From the NCBI GenBank assembly GCA_038256425.1, contig JBBSKI010000003.1, positions 3,392-67,391 on the forward strand: 64,000 nt of DNA, read 5' to 3'. Both the position numbers and the translations under genes were made by a program. Shown here one piece after another: positions 19,686-30,894 of the stretch. Source of the stretch: Sphingomonadales bacterium. GTDB lineage: Bacteria; Pseudomonadota; Alphaproteobacteria; Sphingomonadales; Sphingomonadaceae. The number at the start of each line of letters is the position of its first letter. Within the stretch, counting starts at the first letter, position 1. The notes beneath the pieces were generated by a model. It did no database searches. It saw only the letters and a program-made list of their open reading frames with translations, and was not told the DNA's origin.

Positions 19686-20690
19686 TTGATGGCTAACGCT
19701 GGATTGTCGACGGGTCGGTGGAGCACGGAGCACTTGCGTCGCGCGATAGAAGCCGCGTGCGTTGCGCTGTGGTCGTGGAACGTCGATACCAATGCCTTCT
19801 CGATGGACTCGACGGGCTTCAACCTGTGGGGTCTGCAATGGGCCGAACACGTCGAGTTCGAGGAGCTTTCCGCGCATATCCATCCGGCTGACCGTGACCG
19901 GGTGCGCGCCGCCTTCATGGCGACGCGAGCGGTATCTGGCTCCTACGAGATCGATTTCCGGATCGTTCTGGGAGAGGAAATTCGCTGGATTTCGGCGCGG
20001 GGGCGAGGCGCCGACGAAGGTCTGATCGACCGTGTCATGTTCGGGATTTTCCTGAACGTCACCGATCGCAAGCAGGCCGAAGAAGGCCACGAACTGCTCG
20101 CCGGCGAGATGAGCCACCGGGTCAAGAACCTGCTGGCTATCGCGACTGGCCTGACCATGCTGACGTCCCGCTCCTCGAAAACGATGGAAGGGATGACCCG
20201 CGAGCTTACCCAGCGGCTTTCCGCACTGGGCCGCGCGCACGATCTGGTCCGTCCCCTACCGGGGTCTCAAGGGTCAGCGGCATTGCTGGCCGATCTGATC
20301 ACGGTGTTGCTGGCCCCCTATGACTCCGAAGGCGCGTTCAGCGGGCGGATTCGGGTCGCGGTCCAGCGGACCGGTGTGGGCGAGCGCTGCGCAACCGCGC
20401 TGACGATGGTAATCCACGAACTGGCAACCAATTCGGTGAAGCACGGCGCGCTATCGACCGAGGAAGGGTCGCTCGATGTCTCCGGCTTGGTCGACGGCGA
20501 CACCATGGTAATCACCTGGGCCGAAACGGGTGGGCCCGTGGTCGAAGAAACGCCGCTTTTGACCGGGTTCGGCAGCAAGATGATCGAAAGCAACCTGTCG
20601 GGTCTGCTCCAGGCGCGGATTGCCTACGACTGGCAGCCAAGCGGGCTGGTGGCGACCCTTTCGGTTCCTAAAGCCAATCTGGCGCTCTGA
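19686..20690 (+). CDS. PAS-domain HWE-family sensor histidine kinase (orphan)
   Basis: PAS_3 (IHPADRDRV, RWISARG), EMSHRVKN, HELATNSVKHGALS, WAETGGP motifs. Confidence 0.9.
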   Translation: MMANAGLSTGRWSTEHLRRAIEAACVALWSWNVDTNAFSMDSTGFNLWGLQWAEHVEFEELSAHIHPADRDRVRAAFMATRAVSGSYEIDFRIVLGEEIRWISARGRGADEGLIDRVMFGIFLNVTDRKQAEEGHELLAGEMSHRVKNLLAIATGLTMLTSRSSKTMEGMTRELTQRLSALGRAHDLVRPLPGSQGSAALLADLITVLLAPYDSEGAFSGRIRVAVQRTGVGERCATALTMVIHELATNSVKHGALSTEEGSLDVSGLVDGDTMVITWAETGGPVVEETPLLTGFGSKMIESNLSGLLQARIAYDWQPSGLVATLSVPKANLAL

Positions 20691-20699
20691 CCGGGCGGA

Positions 20700-22610
<1,911 letters not shown>

Positions 22611-22710
22611 TGCGTCCTCTCGTTCCGGATCGGCTGGTCCGGTCCGGACCACCGTGCCACAAGCCGGCGGTTCCGCGCAATCACACGCTCCGCCCCGCCC
22701 CTGCTTGCCT

Positions 22711-22774
22711 GCCGTGCCGCTGGCCCGCCGTGCCGCTGGCCCGCCGTGCCGCTTGCCCGCCGTCCCGCTGGCCC
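22711..22774. repeat. Tandem repeat, 4 x 16 bp (GCCGTGCCGCTGGCCC)
   Basis: Two exact units and two single-mismatch units in the acs/phoR divergent intergenic region. Confidence 0.9.
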
Positions 22775-22845
22775 CTATCTGCACCACGCGCCCGCGCCCG
22801 GCATCGCGGCCCGCAAGCCGGACTTGACGCCAGCAGGACTTGTCG

Positions 22846-24063
22846 ATGGATTCTCCCAAGCTTCCCTGGCCAAGCGTGCTGCTCGCGCTGTTCGGCGGCG
22901 TTGCGATGTTGGGTGCGGGCACCAGCGTATTGCTGACCGCTGCGGTCATGTTCCTGTGGCTGGGCACGCTGTGGCTTTCCCGCCCTGCCCCGCTGCCCGA
23001 ATCCCGCCCGGCGGGCGAGGTGCAGCTGACCCGCGCGCGGATGGAGAACCTGATCGAGCCGCTCGGTGTGCCGCTGATTCTGCTCAACCGGGACCGGATT
23101 GTACTGGCCAACGCCGCCGCGCGCGAAGTGCTGGGCGCGCATATCCTGGGCCAGGACGTGCGCGTCGCGCTGCGCCATCCCGATGCTATCGCATTGCTTG
23201 ACCAGGCGGAAAGCGCCACCACCACCGTCACCGGGCTGACCGGGCCGCGCAGCATCTGGCAGGTCTCGCGCCGCCAGATCGACGAGCGGCTTGCGATGGT
23301 GGAGCTGGTCAACCGCACCGCCGAGGCCGACATTGGCCGCGCTCACACCGATTTCGTCGCCAATGCCAGCCACGAGCTGTCGACCCCGCTGGCCTCGATC
23401 ATCGGCTATGTCGAAACGCTGGCCGATCCCGATGCAAAGGTCGATGAGGCGACCGCCGCGAAATTCAAGGCCACGGTCCTGCGCGAGGCGCGGCGGCTTC
23501 AGGCGCTGGTGCGCGATCTGATGTCGCTCAGCCGAATCGAAGCCGAAAAACACGATCCGCCACGCAAGGCGGTCGATCTGGGCCAGCTCGCCGCCAGCGT
23601 TTCGGGCGAGGTCGCCTCAGTTTCGGGGCAGGGCCGGGTCGAGATCGACGCGCCGGACGAGCCCACCACGATCCTTGGAGACCGCGGCCAGCTCGATCAG
23701 CTGGTCCGCAACCTGATCGACAACGCGCTTAAATATGGTGACGCCGATCAGCCGGTGACGGTCGCGGTCAAGCGGACCGGCAACCAAGTGGTGCTCAGCG
23801 TCGAGGATCGCGGCGCCGGGATCGGCCCCGATCACCTGCCGCACCTGACCCGCCGGTTCTACCGCACCGATCCGGGCCGCAGCCGAGCGGCGGGCGGCAC
23901 CGGGCTGGGTCTCGCCATCGTCAAACACATTGTGGAACGCCATCAAGGTCGGCTCGACATCGCCAGCAGCGTCGGTCAGGGCACCACCGTAACGGTGCGC
24001 TTCAAGGCGGCGGTGGAAACCGGGGTCGAGCCCTCTTCCAAAGCCGCCGGGCCGCTGTCATGA
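22846..24063 (+). CDS. phoR: Phosphate regulon sensor kinase PhoR
   Basis: [40 protein letters not shown]; lies upstream of the pst operon. Confidence 0.92.
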   Translation: MDSPKLPWPSVLLALFGGVAMLGAGTSVLLTAAVMFLWLGTLWLSRPAPLPESRPAGEVQLTRARMENLIEPLGVPLILLNRDRIVLANAAAREVLGAHILGQDVRVALRHPDAIALLDQAESATTTVTGLTGPRSIWQVSRRQIDERLAMVELVNRTAEADIGRAHTDFVANASHELSTPLASIIGYVETLADPDAKVDEATAAKFKATVLREARRLQALVRDLMSLSRIEAEKHDPPRKAVDLGQLAASVSGEVASVSGQGRVEIDAPDEPTTILGDRGQLDQLVRNLIDNALKYGDADQPVTVAVKRTGNQVVLSVEDRGAGIGPDHLPHLTRRFYRTDPGRSRAAGGTGLGLAIVKHIVERHQGRLDIASSVGQGTTVTVRFKAAVETGVEPSSKAAGPLS

Positions 24064-24072
24064 AGCTGTCAC
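24055..24072 (+). promoter_or_regulatory. Pho box
   Basis: CTGTCAT-GAAG-CTGTCAC overlapping the phoR stop codon, upstream of pstS. Confidence 0.9.
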
Positions 24073-24134
24073 ATGATCTCCCCAAGGGCACGGCACGCCC
24101 CTGTTTCGTGCCCAGTTTCAAGGAAGTCCCGACC

Positions 24135-25181
24135 ATGTCATCCAACCGTTTCGGCCCTGTCGCACTGTTGCTGCTGGGTGCCTCCGCGCTCAGCGCTTGC
24201 GGGGGCCAGCAAGCGGGCAGCCGCGACAATGTTCGCGCGGTCGGTTCATCCACTGTGCTGCCATTCGCCAAGGCTGTGGCCGAAAGCCTGGCCAAGTCAA
24301 ACCCTGCAATCCCGGCGCCGATCGTCGAATCGACCGGTACGGGTGCGGGCATGAACTTGTTCTGTTCGGGGGTCGGCGCGCAGCATCCCGATATCGCCAA
24401 CGCCTCGCGCCGGATGAAGAAGTCCGAGTACGAAGATTGCGCCAAGAATGGTGTGAAGGACGTTGTCGAGATCCAGATCGGGCTCGATGGTATTGCCTTT
24501 GCAAAAGCCAAGGGCGGACTGAACTTGGCGCTGACCGCCGAGGAGGTTTACAAGGCCATCGCGAAGGAGCCGTTCGGCAAGCCGCAGACCGCCAAGCTGT
24601 GGTCCGATGTCAACCCGAAGCTGCCCGCCGAACCGATCCTGGTTTATGGCCCACCCTCGACCTCTGGCACCCGCGATGCGCTCAAGGAACTGATCCTGGT
24701 CAAGGGCTGTGAAACCGATCCGGCGATGAAAGCGCTGAAAGACAGCGACAAGGACAAGCACGAGGCGATCTGCAACGATGTTCGCGAAGACGGCGCCTAT
24801 GTCGATTCGGGAGAGAACGACAACCTGATCGTCCAGAAGATCGAGTCCAATCCCAAGGCGGTCGGCGTGTTCGGCTTTTCGTTCCTGGAAGAGAACATGG
24901 ACAAGCTCGAAGGTATCCAGATGGGCGGAGTAATGCCCACCTACGCCTCGATCTCCGACTTCTCCTACCCCGGCGCGCGCCCGCTTTATATCTACGTAAA
25001 GACGGCGCACCTCAGCGCGATCAAGGGCCTCAAGGAATACGTCGCCGAATGGGCCAAAAGCTGGGGCAAGGACGGTCTGCTCGCCAAGCAGGGCATGGTC
25101 GTCGCGCCCGATGCAGTGCAGGTGTCCAGCACCAAGCTCGCAACCGACTTCACCCTGCTCGACCCAGCCAGCCTGAAGTAA
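24135..25181 (+). CDS. pstS: Phosphate ABC transporter substrate-binding lipoprotein
   Basis: Lipobox LSAC; VGSSTVLP, ESTGTGAG, GPPSTSGTRD, YPGARPLY motifs. Confidence 0.93.
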   Translation: MSSNRFGPVALLLLGASALSACGGQQAGSRDNVRAVGSSTVLPFAKAVAESLAKSNPAIPAPIVESTGTGAGMNLFCSGVGAQHPDIANASRRMKKSEYEDCAKNGVKDVVEIQIGLDGIAFAKAKGGLNLALTAEEVYKAIAKEPFGKPQTAKLWSDVNPKLPAEPILVYGPPSTSGTRDALKELILVKGCETDPAMKALKDSDKDKHEAICNDVREDGAYVDSGENDNLIVQKIESNPKAVGVFGFSFLEENMDKLEGIQMGGVMPTYASISDFSYPGARPLYIYVKTAHLSAIKGLKEYVAEWAKSWGKDGLLAKQGMVVAPDAVQVSSTKLATDFTLLDPASLK

Positions 25182-25197
25182 GACCGACGATACACCG

Positions 25198-26592
25198 ATG
25201 AGCCCCGCCGTCCTGATCCTCTTGGCCCTCGGGCTGGGACTGGCGGCGTGGCTTGCGGCACGCTCGCGGGCCTGGGCGTTCCAGCGGGCTGGCGATGGGC
25301 AACGCGAGTCCAAGCTGCATTCGCTGCCGGTCTATCACGGCTGGTATGTCGCGTTGTGGGCGGCGGTACCCGCGCTGCTGTTCGCGGTAGTGTGGACCTC
25401 CGCAAGTCCCGCGCTGGTCGTCCAGCGCGCCCTGACCGATCCCGCCGCAGCGACCCTGCCCGCTTTCGGAATAGATCGCGATTCGATCATCGGCGAAGCC
25501 ATGAGCGTCGCCCGCGGACAGGCCTTCGGGGTGTTCAATCCGGCCGCCAATGCGTTGGTCGGCCCGTTCCGCGAGGCTTTTGCGCTGTTCGACGGCATCG
25601 GCCTGGTGGTTACGCTGCTGCTGGGATTCGTCGGCGGGGCCTGGGCGTTTTTGCGCCTGGGTCCGCAATTTACCGCCCGGACCCGGGTCGAACGCGCCGT
25701 GATGGGCCTGCTGCTCGGTGCCTCGCTGGTCGCAATCCTGACCACCATGGGCATCGTCGGCTCGCTGGTGTTCGAGACTGTGCGCTTCTTCGGCATGGTT
25801 TCGCCGTTCGATTTCCTGTTCGGAACGCATTGGTCGCCCGATCCGATGAGCGCCGCGACGACCGGTCAGGGCGAACGCTATGGCGCGATTCCACTGTTCT
25901 GGGGAACCATCGTGATCGGCGCGGTGATCGCGATGTTGGTGGCGATCCCGCTCGGACTGATGAGCGCGATCTATCTCACGCAATATGCCACGCCCACGGT
26001 GCGGCGCTGGATGAAGCCGCTGCTGGAGATTCTCGCGGGCGTCCCGACGGTAGTCTACGGCTATTTCGCCGCGCTGACCGTCGCCCCGGTGATCCGCGAT
26101 TTTGGCCAGGCGATCGGGATTGCCTCGGCCAGTTCGGAAAGCGCGCTGGCAGCGGGGCTGGTAATGGGGGTGATGATCATTCCGTTCGTCTCGTCGATGG
26201 CCGACGACAGCATCGCCGCAGTGCCCCAAGCCATGCGCGACGGCAGCCTGGCGATGGGCGCGACGACCTCCGAGACCATCCGCAAGGTGCTGATCCCCGC
26301 TGCCCTGCCCGGCATCGTTGCCGGGGTGATGCTCGCGGTAAGTCGCGCGATCGGTGAGACGATGATCGTGGTCATGGCCGCCGGGGCCGCCGCCCGGCTG
26401 ACCGCCAACCCGTTCGAATCGATGACCACGGTCACCTTCCAGATTGTCGCGATGCTGACCGGCGAAGGCAGTTTCGATCACCCCGCCACGCTCAGCGCCT
26501 TTGCCTTGGGGATGGTCCTGTTCATCGTGACGCTGGCGTTGAACTTCATCGCGCTGCGCGTGGTCAAGCGGTATCGCGAAGCCTATGACTGA
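25198..26592 (+). CDS. pstC: Phosphate ABC transporter permease PstC
   Basis: LEILAGVPTVVYG, SRAIGETM motifs. Confidence 0.94.
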   Translation: MSPAVLILLALGLGLAAWLAARSRAWAFQRAGDGQRESKLHSLPVYHGWYVALWAAVPALLFAVVWTSASPALVVQRALTDPAAATLPAFGIDRDSIIGEAMSVARGQAFGVFNPAANALVGPFREAFALFDGIGLVVTLLLGFVGGAWAFLRLGPQFTARTRVERAVMGLLLGASLVAILTTMGIVGSLVFETVRFFGMVSPFDFLFGTHWSPDPMSAATTGQGERYGAIPLFWGTIVIGAVIAMLVAIPLGLMSAIYLTQYATPTVRRWMKPLLEILAGVPTVVYGYFAALTVAPVIRDFGQAIGIASASSESALAAGLVMGVMIIPFVSSMADDSIAAVPQAMRDGSLAMGATTSETIRKVLIPAALPGIVAGVMLAVSRAIGETMIVVMAAGAAARLTANPFESMTTVTFQIVAMLTGEGSFDHPATLSAFALGMVLFIVTLALNFIALRVVKRYREAYD

Positions 26593-27865
26593 CGCGTCCA
26601 CCACCGCTTCGGCAACCGCGGCCCAGACTGCTGCCAGTACCGCAAAGCGCGTTGCCGCAAGGTTGCGCCAGCGTAACGCCGCCGAGAAGCGCTTCCGCGC
26701 GCTGGGCCTGGGCGCGGTGCTGCTATCTGCGCTCGTCCTGGCATTTCTGCTGATCTCGATGACCTCGAGCGGCGCAGGCGGGTTCAAGCGTAGCGAACTG
26801 GTATTCCCGATCGATTTCCGCGCCGCCCCGCTTCAGATCGACGCCCGCCGCCTCTCCCAGCCCGATCCGCAGGCCGGTCTGGAACTGGCCGGACTGCGCG
26901 AAGCGGTGACCCGCGCCGCCGAACGCTCGCTCGGCGCGGACGGTGCGGCCGAATTGTCCGACGTGGCCTGGCGCGAAGTTTCCGAGCAACTCATCGCGGA
27001 TCCCGTGCTCCTGCAATCGCGGTTTGAAGTTTCGCTGCCTGCCAGCGCCGACCTTGCCAGCGCCATGCGCGGGGGCGATTCGGCGCAAAACAAGGCGCTG
27101 GCGGAGCGGTTGGTCAGCGAAGGCAAGCTGCGGCGAGCCTGGGACCCCGGTTTCCTGACCCGATCTGACGCCACCGAGGCGCAGGCCGTGGGTATCTGGG
27201 GTGCGCTCAAGGGCTCGATCCTGACCATGGCGGTGACGCTGATTCTCGCCTTCCCGATCGGGGTGCTGTCGGCAGTCTATCTCGAGGAATATGCACCGCG
27301 GAACCGCTGGACCGACTGGATCGAAATCTCGATCAACAACCTCGCCGCCGTCCCCTCGATCATTTTCGGGCTGCTCGGGCTCGCCGTGTTTCTCACGGTG
27401 TTCCCGAACTATCGCTCGGCTCCGATTATCGGCGGGATGACGCTGGCGTTGATGACCATGCCGGTCATCGTCATTTCCGCCCGCAACGCGATCAAGGCGG
27501 TCCCGCCTTCGATCCGCGATGGCGCGCTGGCGATCGGCGCGAGCCGGGTGCAGGTGGTATTCCACCATATCCTGCCGCTCGCCCTGCCCGGCATCCTGAC
27601 CGGCACGATCATCGGCATGGCCCGGGCGCTGGGCGAAACCGCGCCACTGCTGATGATCGGGATGCGCGCCTTCGTTGCGTCGCCGCCCGATGGTCTTACC
27701 TCGCCTTCGAGCGTGCTACCGGTGCAGATCTTTCTCTGGTCGGACGAGATCGACCGCGGTTTCGTCGAACGGACGAGCGCCGCGATCATCGTGCTGCTAT
27801 TGTTTCTTCTCGCGATGAATGGTCTCGCCATCTATTTGCGCAATCGCTTCGAAAGGCGCTGGTAG
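26585..27865 (+). CDS. pstA: Phosphate ABC transporter permease PstA
   Basis: [22 protein letters not shown] motifs. Confidence 0.94.
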   Translation: MTDASTTASATAAQTAASTAKRVAARLRQRNAAEKRFRALGLGAVLLSALVLAFLLISMTSSGAGGFKRSELVFPIDFRAAPLQIDARRLSQPDPQAGLELAGLREAVTRAAERSLGADGAAELSDVAWREVSEQLIADPVLLQSRFEVSLPASADLASAMRGGDSAQNKALAERLVSEGKLRRAWDPGFLTRSDATEAQAVGIWGALKGSILTMAVTLILAFPIGVLSAVYLEEYAPRNRWTDWIEISINNLAAVPSIIFGLLGLAVFLTVFPNYRSAPIIGGMTLALMTMPVIVISARNAIKAVPPSIRDGALAIGASRVQVVFHHILPLALPGILTGTIIGMARALGETAPLLMIGMRAFVASPPDGLTSPSSVLPVQIFLWSDEIDRGFVERTSAAIIVLLLFLLAMNGLAIYLRNRFERRW

Positions 27866-27866
27866 G

Positions 27867-28688
27867 ATGGATATGCCGGGTCAGATTTCACCCACACAAA
27901 ACGCTTCATCGCCGGCGCCGCCCGCCGACAGCGACGCCAAGATGCACGCGAGCAACGTCTCGATCTATTATGGCGACAAGAAGGCGATCGACGATGTCTC
28001 GATCGCCATTCCGCAGCGCTATGTGACCGCTTTCATCGGCCCGTCGGGCTGCGGCAAATCGACCTTCCTGCGCGCCTTCAACCGGATGAACGACACAATT
28101 CCGTCGGCCCGCTTCGAGGGCGAGATCGATCTCGATGGCGAGGACATCTATCGCTCCGGAATGGATGTCGTGCAATTGCGCGCGCGGGTCGGGATGGTGT
28201 TCCAGAAGCCCAACCCGTTCCCCAAGACGATCTATGAGAATGTCGCTTACGGGCCACGCATTCATGGCCTCGCGACAGCCAAGCCCGATCTGGAGAACAT
28301 CGTCGAAAAGTCGCTGCGCCGCGCCGGCTTGTGGGACGAGGTCAAGGACCGGCTGACCGACAGCGGAACCGCGCTGTCGGGCGGGCAACAACAAAGGTTG
28401 TGCATCGCCCGCGCCATCGCCGTCGATCCCGAGGTGATCCTGATGGACGAGCCGTGTTCTGCGCTCGACCCGATCGCCACCGCGCGGATCGAGGAACTGA
28501 TCCACGAACTGAAAGGTCGCTACGCGATCGTCATCGTGACCCATTCGATGCAGCAGGCGGCGCGCGTCTCGCAGCGCACCGCGTTCTTCCATCTCGGCAA
28601 GATCGTCGAATACGGCAAGACCAGCGACATCTTCACTAATCCCCGCGAAGAGCGGACCAAGGATTATATTACGGGCCGATACGGCTAG
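27867..28688 (+). CDS. pstB: Phosphate ABC transporter ATPase PstB
   Basis: [38 protein letters not shown] motifs. Confidence 0.96.
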   Translation: MDMPGQISPTQNASSPAPPADSDAKMHASNVSIYYGDKKAIDDVSIAIPQRYVTAFIGPSGCGKSTFLRAFNRMNDTIPSARFEGEIDLDGEDIYRSGMDVVQLRARVGMVFQKPNPFPKTIYENVAYGPRIHGLATAKPDLENIVEKSLRRAGLWDEVKDRLTDSGTALSGGQQQRLCIARAIAVDPEVILMDEPCSALDPIATARIEELIHELKGRYAIVIVTHSMQQAARVSQRTAFFHLGKIVEYGKTSDIFTNPREERTKDYITGRYG

Positions 28689-28714
28689 GCCGCTTGATAA
28701 GGGATTCACGGCTG

Positions 28715-29398
28715 ATGATCGAGCATACCGTCAAGGCGTTCGACGAGGACATTACCCGGCTGCGCGGATTGATTGCCGAAATGGGCGGTCTTGCCGAAGT
28801 GTCGATCGAGGAAGCGATGGACGCGCTGGTCAAGGGCAACGTCGATATCGCGCGCCAGGTGATCGAACGCGACAAGCGGATCGATGCGCTCGAAATGGCG
28901 GTCGACCGGCTTGCGGTCCGCATCCTGGCGCTGCGCGCGCCGATGGCCGATGATTTGCGCGAAGTGATCGCCAGCCTGAAAATCGCGGGAGTGATCGAGC
29001 GGATTGGCGACTATGCCAAGAACATCGCCAAACGGGTCGGCCACATCGAAGGCCGCAAGCGCTTCGAGCCGCTGACCCTGATTCCGGCGATGGCCGAGAT
29101 CGCCTCCGAAATGGTCCATGACGTGCTGACCGCCTATGCCGCGCGCGACGCGGTAGCGGCCGAAGAAATCATCTCGCGCGATATCAAGGTCGATGCCTTC
29201 TACGACAGCATCTTCCGCAATCTGGTGTCCTATATGGTCGAGAACCCGGCCACGATCAGCACCGCCGCGCAACTTCTGTTCGTGGCGCGCAATCTGGAGC
29301 GGATCGGCGATCACGCCACCAATATCGCCGAGCAGGTCCATTACACCGTGACCGGCATCTATCTGCCCGAACGCGAAGGCGTGCTCCCACCGGTCTGA
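28715..29398 (+). CDS. phoU: Phosphate signalling protein PhoU
   Basis: PMADDLR, ERIGDYAKNI, LERIGDHATNIAE motifs. Confidence 0.95.
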   Translation: MIEHTVKAFDEDITRLRGLIAEMGGLAEVSIEEAMDALVKGNVDIARQVIERDKRIDALEMAVDRLAVRILALRAPMADDLREVIASLKIAGVIERIGDYAKNIAKRVGHIEGRKRFEPLTLIPAMAEIASEMVHDVLTAYAARDAVAAEEIISRDIKVDAFYDSIFRNLVSYMVENPATISTAAQLLFVARNLERIGDHATNIAEQVHYTVTGIYLPEREGVLPPV

Positions 29399-29459
29399 TC
29401 AAACCTGTCCCTGATAAAAGCTAGCCCTGAAATTGGCTGGCCCAGAAAGTGATTGAGCG

Positions 29460-30149
29460 ATGCCTGCCCCGAAACTCCTGCTGGTCGAAGACGACCCCGC
29501 GCTCGCCGAACTGATCGAATACCGGTTCAAGGGCGAGGGCTACGACGTCCGGCTGACCGGCGACGGCGACGAGGCGCTGCTGCTGGCCGCCGAAGATGCG
29601 CCCGATCTGGTCCTGCTCGACTGGATGATCGGCGGAACCAGCGGGATCGAGGTGTGTCGCCGCCTGCGCCGCGAAAAGACCACCGCGCATGTCCCGATCA
29701 TCATGCTGACCGCCCGCGGAGCCGAGGACGACCGCATCCGCGGGCTCGAAACCGGGGCCGACGACTATGTCACCAAGCCGTTTTCCCCGCGCGAACTGAT
29801 CGCCCGGGTGGCGGCAGTGCTGCGCCGGGTCCGTCCCGCGCTGGCCGGCGAGACGCTTACCGTGGGCGACCTCGCGCTCGATCCCACCGCGCACAAGGTT
29901 TTGCGGCGCAATCGGACGCTGGCGATCGGCCCGACGGAGTTTCGCCTGCTGCGCCACTTCATGGAGCATCCGGGCCGCGTGTTCTCGCGCGACCAGTTGC
30001 TCGACGCGGTGTGGGGCACCGGCAGCGAGATCGAACTTCGCACGGTCGATGTCCACATCCGCCGTCTCCGCAAGGCAATCGAAATCGACGGCGCACCCGA
30101 CCCGGTCCGCACCGTGCGCTCGGCGGGCTATGCGCTGGAAGCGGTCTGA
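29460..30149 (+). CDS. phoB: Phosphate regulon response regulator PhoB
   Basis: Receiver domain (LLDWM, KPFSPREL) plus winged helix (RTVDVHIRRLRK, RTVRSAGY). Confidence 0.95.
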   Translation: MPAPKLLLVEDDPALAELIEYRFKGEGYDVRLTGDGDEALLLAAEDAPDLVLLDWMIGGTSGIEVCRRLRREKTTAHVPIIMLTARGAEDDRIRGLETGADDYVTKPFSPRELIARVAAVLRRVRPALAGETLTVGDLALDPTAHKVLRRNRTLAIGPTEFRLLRHFMEHPGRVFSRDQLLDAVWGTGSEIELRTVDVHIRRLRKAIEIDGAPDPVRTVRSAGYALEAV

Positions 30150-30168
30150 ACGCACGCGTTCGGTACGA

Positions 30169-30894
30169 TCACCGGCAATAGCCGCCCATCCCGCGCCGCG
30201 CTTGGTCTAAGTGAAAGTGGTTGGCATGGGCGGCGTTGTAATTGGGCGATAGCGTGGTGCCGAACACTTCGCAGGCCCCGTCGCGGGCTATTTTGAGAAA
30301 AGCAGCCTCGTCAGCATCTGGCCCGGCCCAGTCGCTCAGCACACTGATCCTGCGGCCGTCGTCGAGCACGAACCCGGCAATGTCGATCGCATTGCCGGTG
30401 GCATGTTCGCTCCAGCGCCCGGTGTCGCCACCGCCGACCCGGCGGCAGCTGGCCGTGCCATAGTGTTCCAGCGCAACCACTCGCGCGCCCAGCCCGGCTT
30501 GAGCAGCGGGCTGGACCGAATGCCGCAGCCACAGCGCCAGACCCGCTGCGACGGGGCAGGTGCCCTCTGCATCTGCCGGGCGCAGCACCAGTCCGCGATC
30601 GGGGTCGCCCGTCAGCAGGGTGCGGTCGTCGCGGCGGCAAGCCTGCGCACCCGTCGGCTCGCGCACGCTAAAAGCGATCCCGGCGCGTTCCAGCACCGCG
30701 CGGCATTGCGCCGGGTCGTCGCGCAGCGCCATCAGCTTGCGCGACGTTGCCCAGCCGACCGGATCGTCGATCGCAAGCGGAGCCCACGGGTCGTGCTCGG
30801 GATGTCCGGCCAGCCACACCCGCGCAGCGACGAACAGACTGGCGATCAGCAACAGCGCCAGCGCAATGCGGTCGAGGCGAAAGCGGCGGATCAA
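30169..30894 (-). CDS. Extensin-like C-terminal domain protein
   Basis: N-terminal TM; CR...WSEHATGNAIDI, PNYNAAHANHFHLD motifs; 4-bp overlap with the dnaE2 stop. Confidence 0.85.
   Translation of the reverse strand: MIRRFRLDRIALALLLIASLFVAARVWLAGHPEHDPWAPLAIDDPVGWATSRKLMALRDDPAQCRAVLERAGIAFSVREPTGAQACRRDDRTLLTGDPDRGLVLRPADAEGTCPVAAGLALWLRHSVQPAAQAGLGARVVALEHYGTASCRRVGGGDTGRWSEHATGNAIDIAGFVLDDGRRISVLSDWAGPDADEAAFLKIARDGACEVFGTTLSPNYNAAHANHFHLDQARRGMGGYCR

Noticed and set aside
19338-20690. Genomic island integrated at tRNA-Glu
   Set aside because: No integrase and no downstream duplicate of the tRNA 3' end. The two tRNAs are distinct isoacceptors, not att repeats.
22711-22774. Possible CRISPR array
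   Set aside because: The units are contiguous 16-mers with no spacers, and there are no cas genes; it is a simple tandem repeat.
22611-23333. 241-aa N-terminal extension of Acs in the ORF track
   Set aside because: It is antisense to phoR and runs through the tandem repeat. The real start is the ATG at 22610 with an SD.
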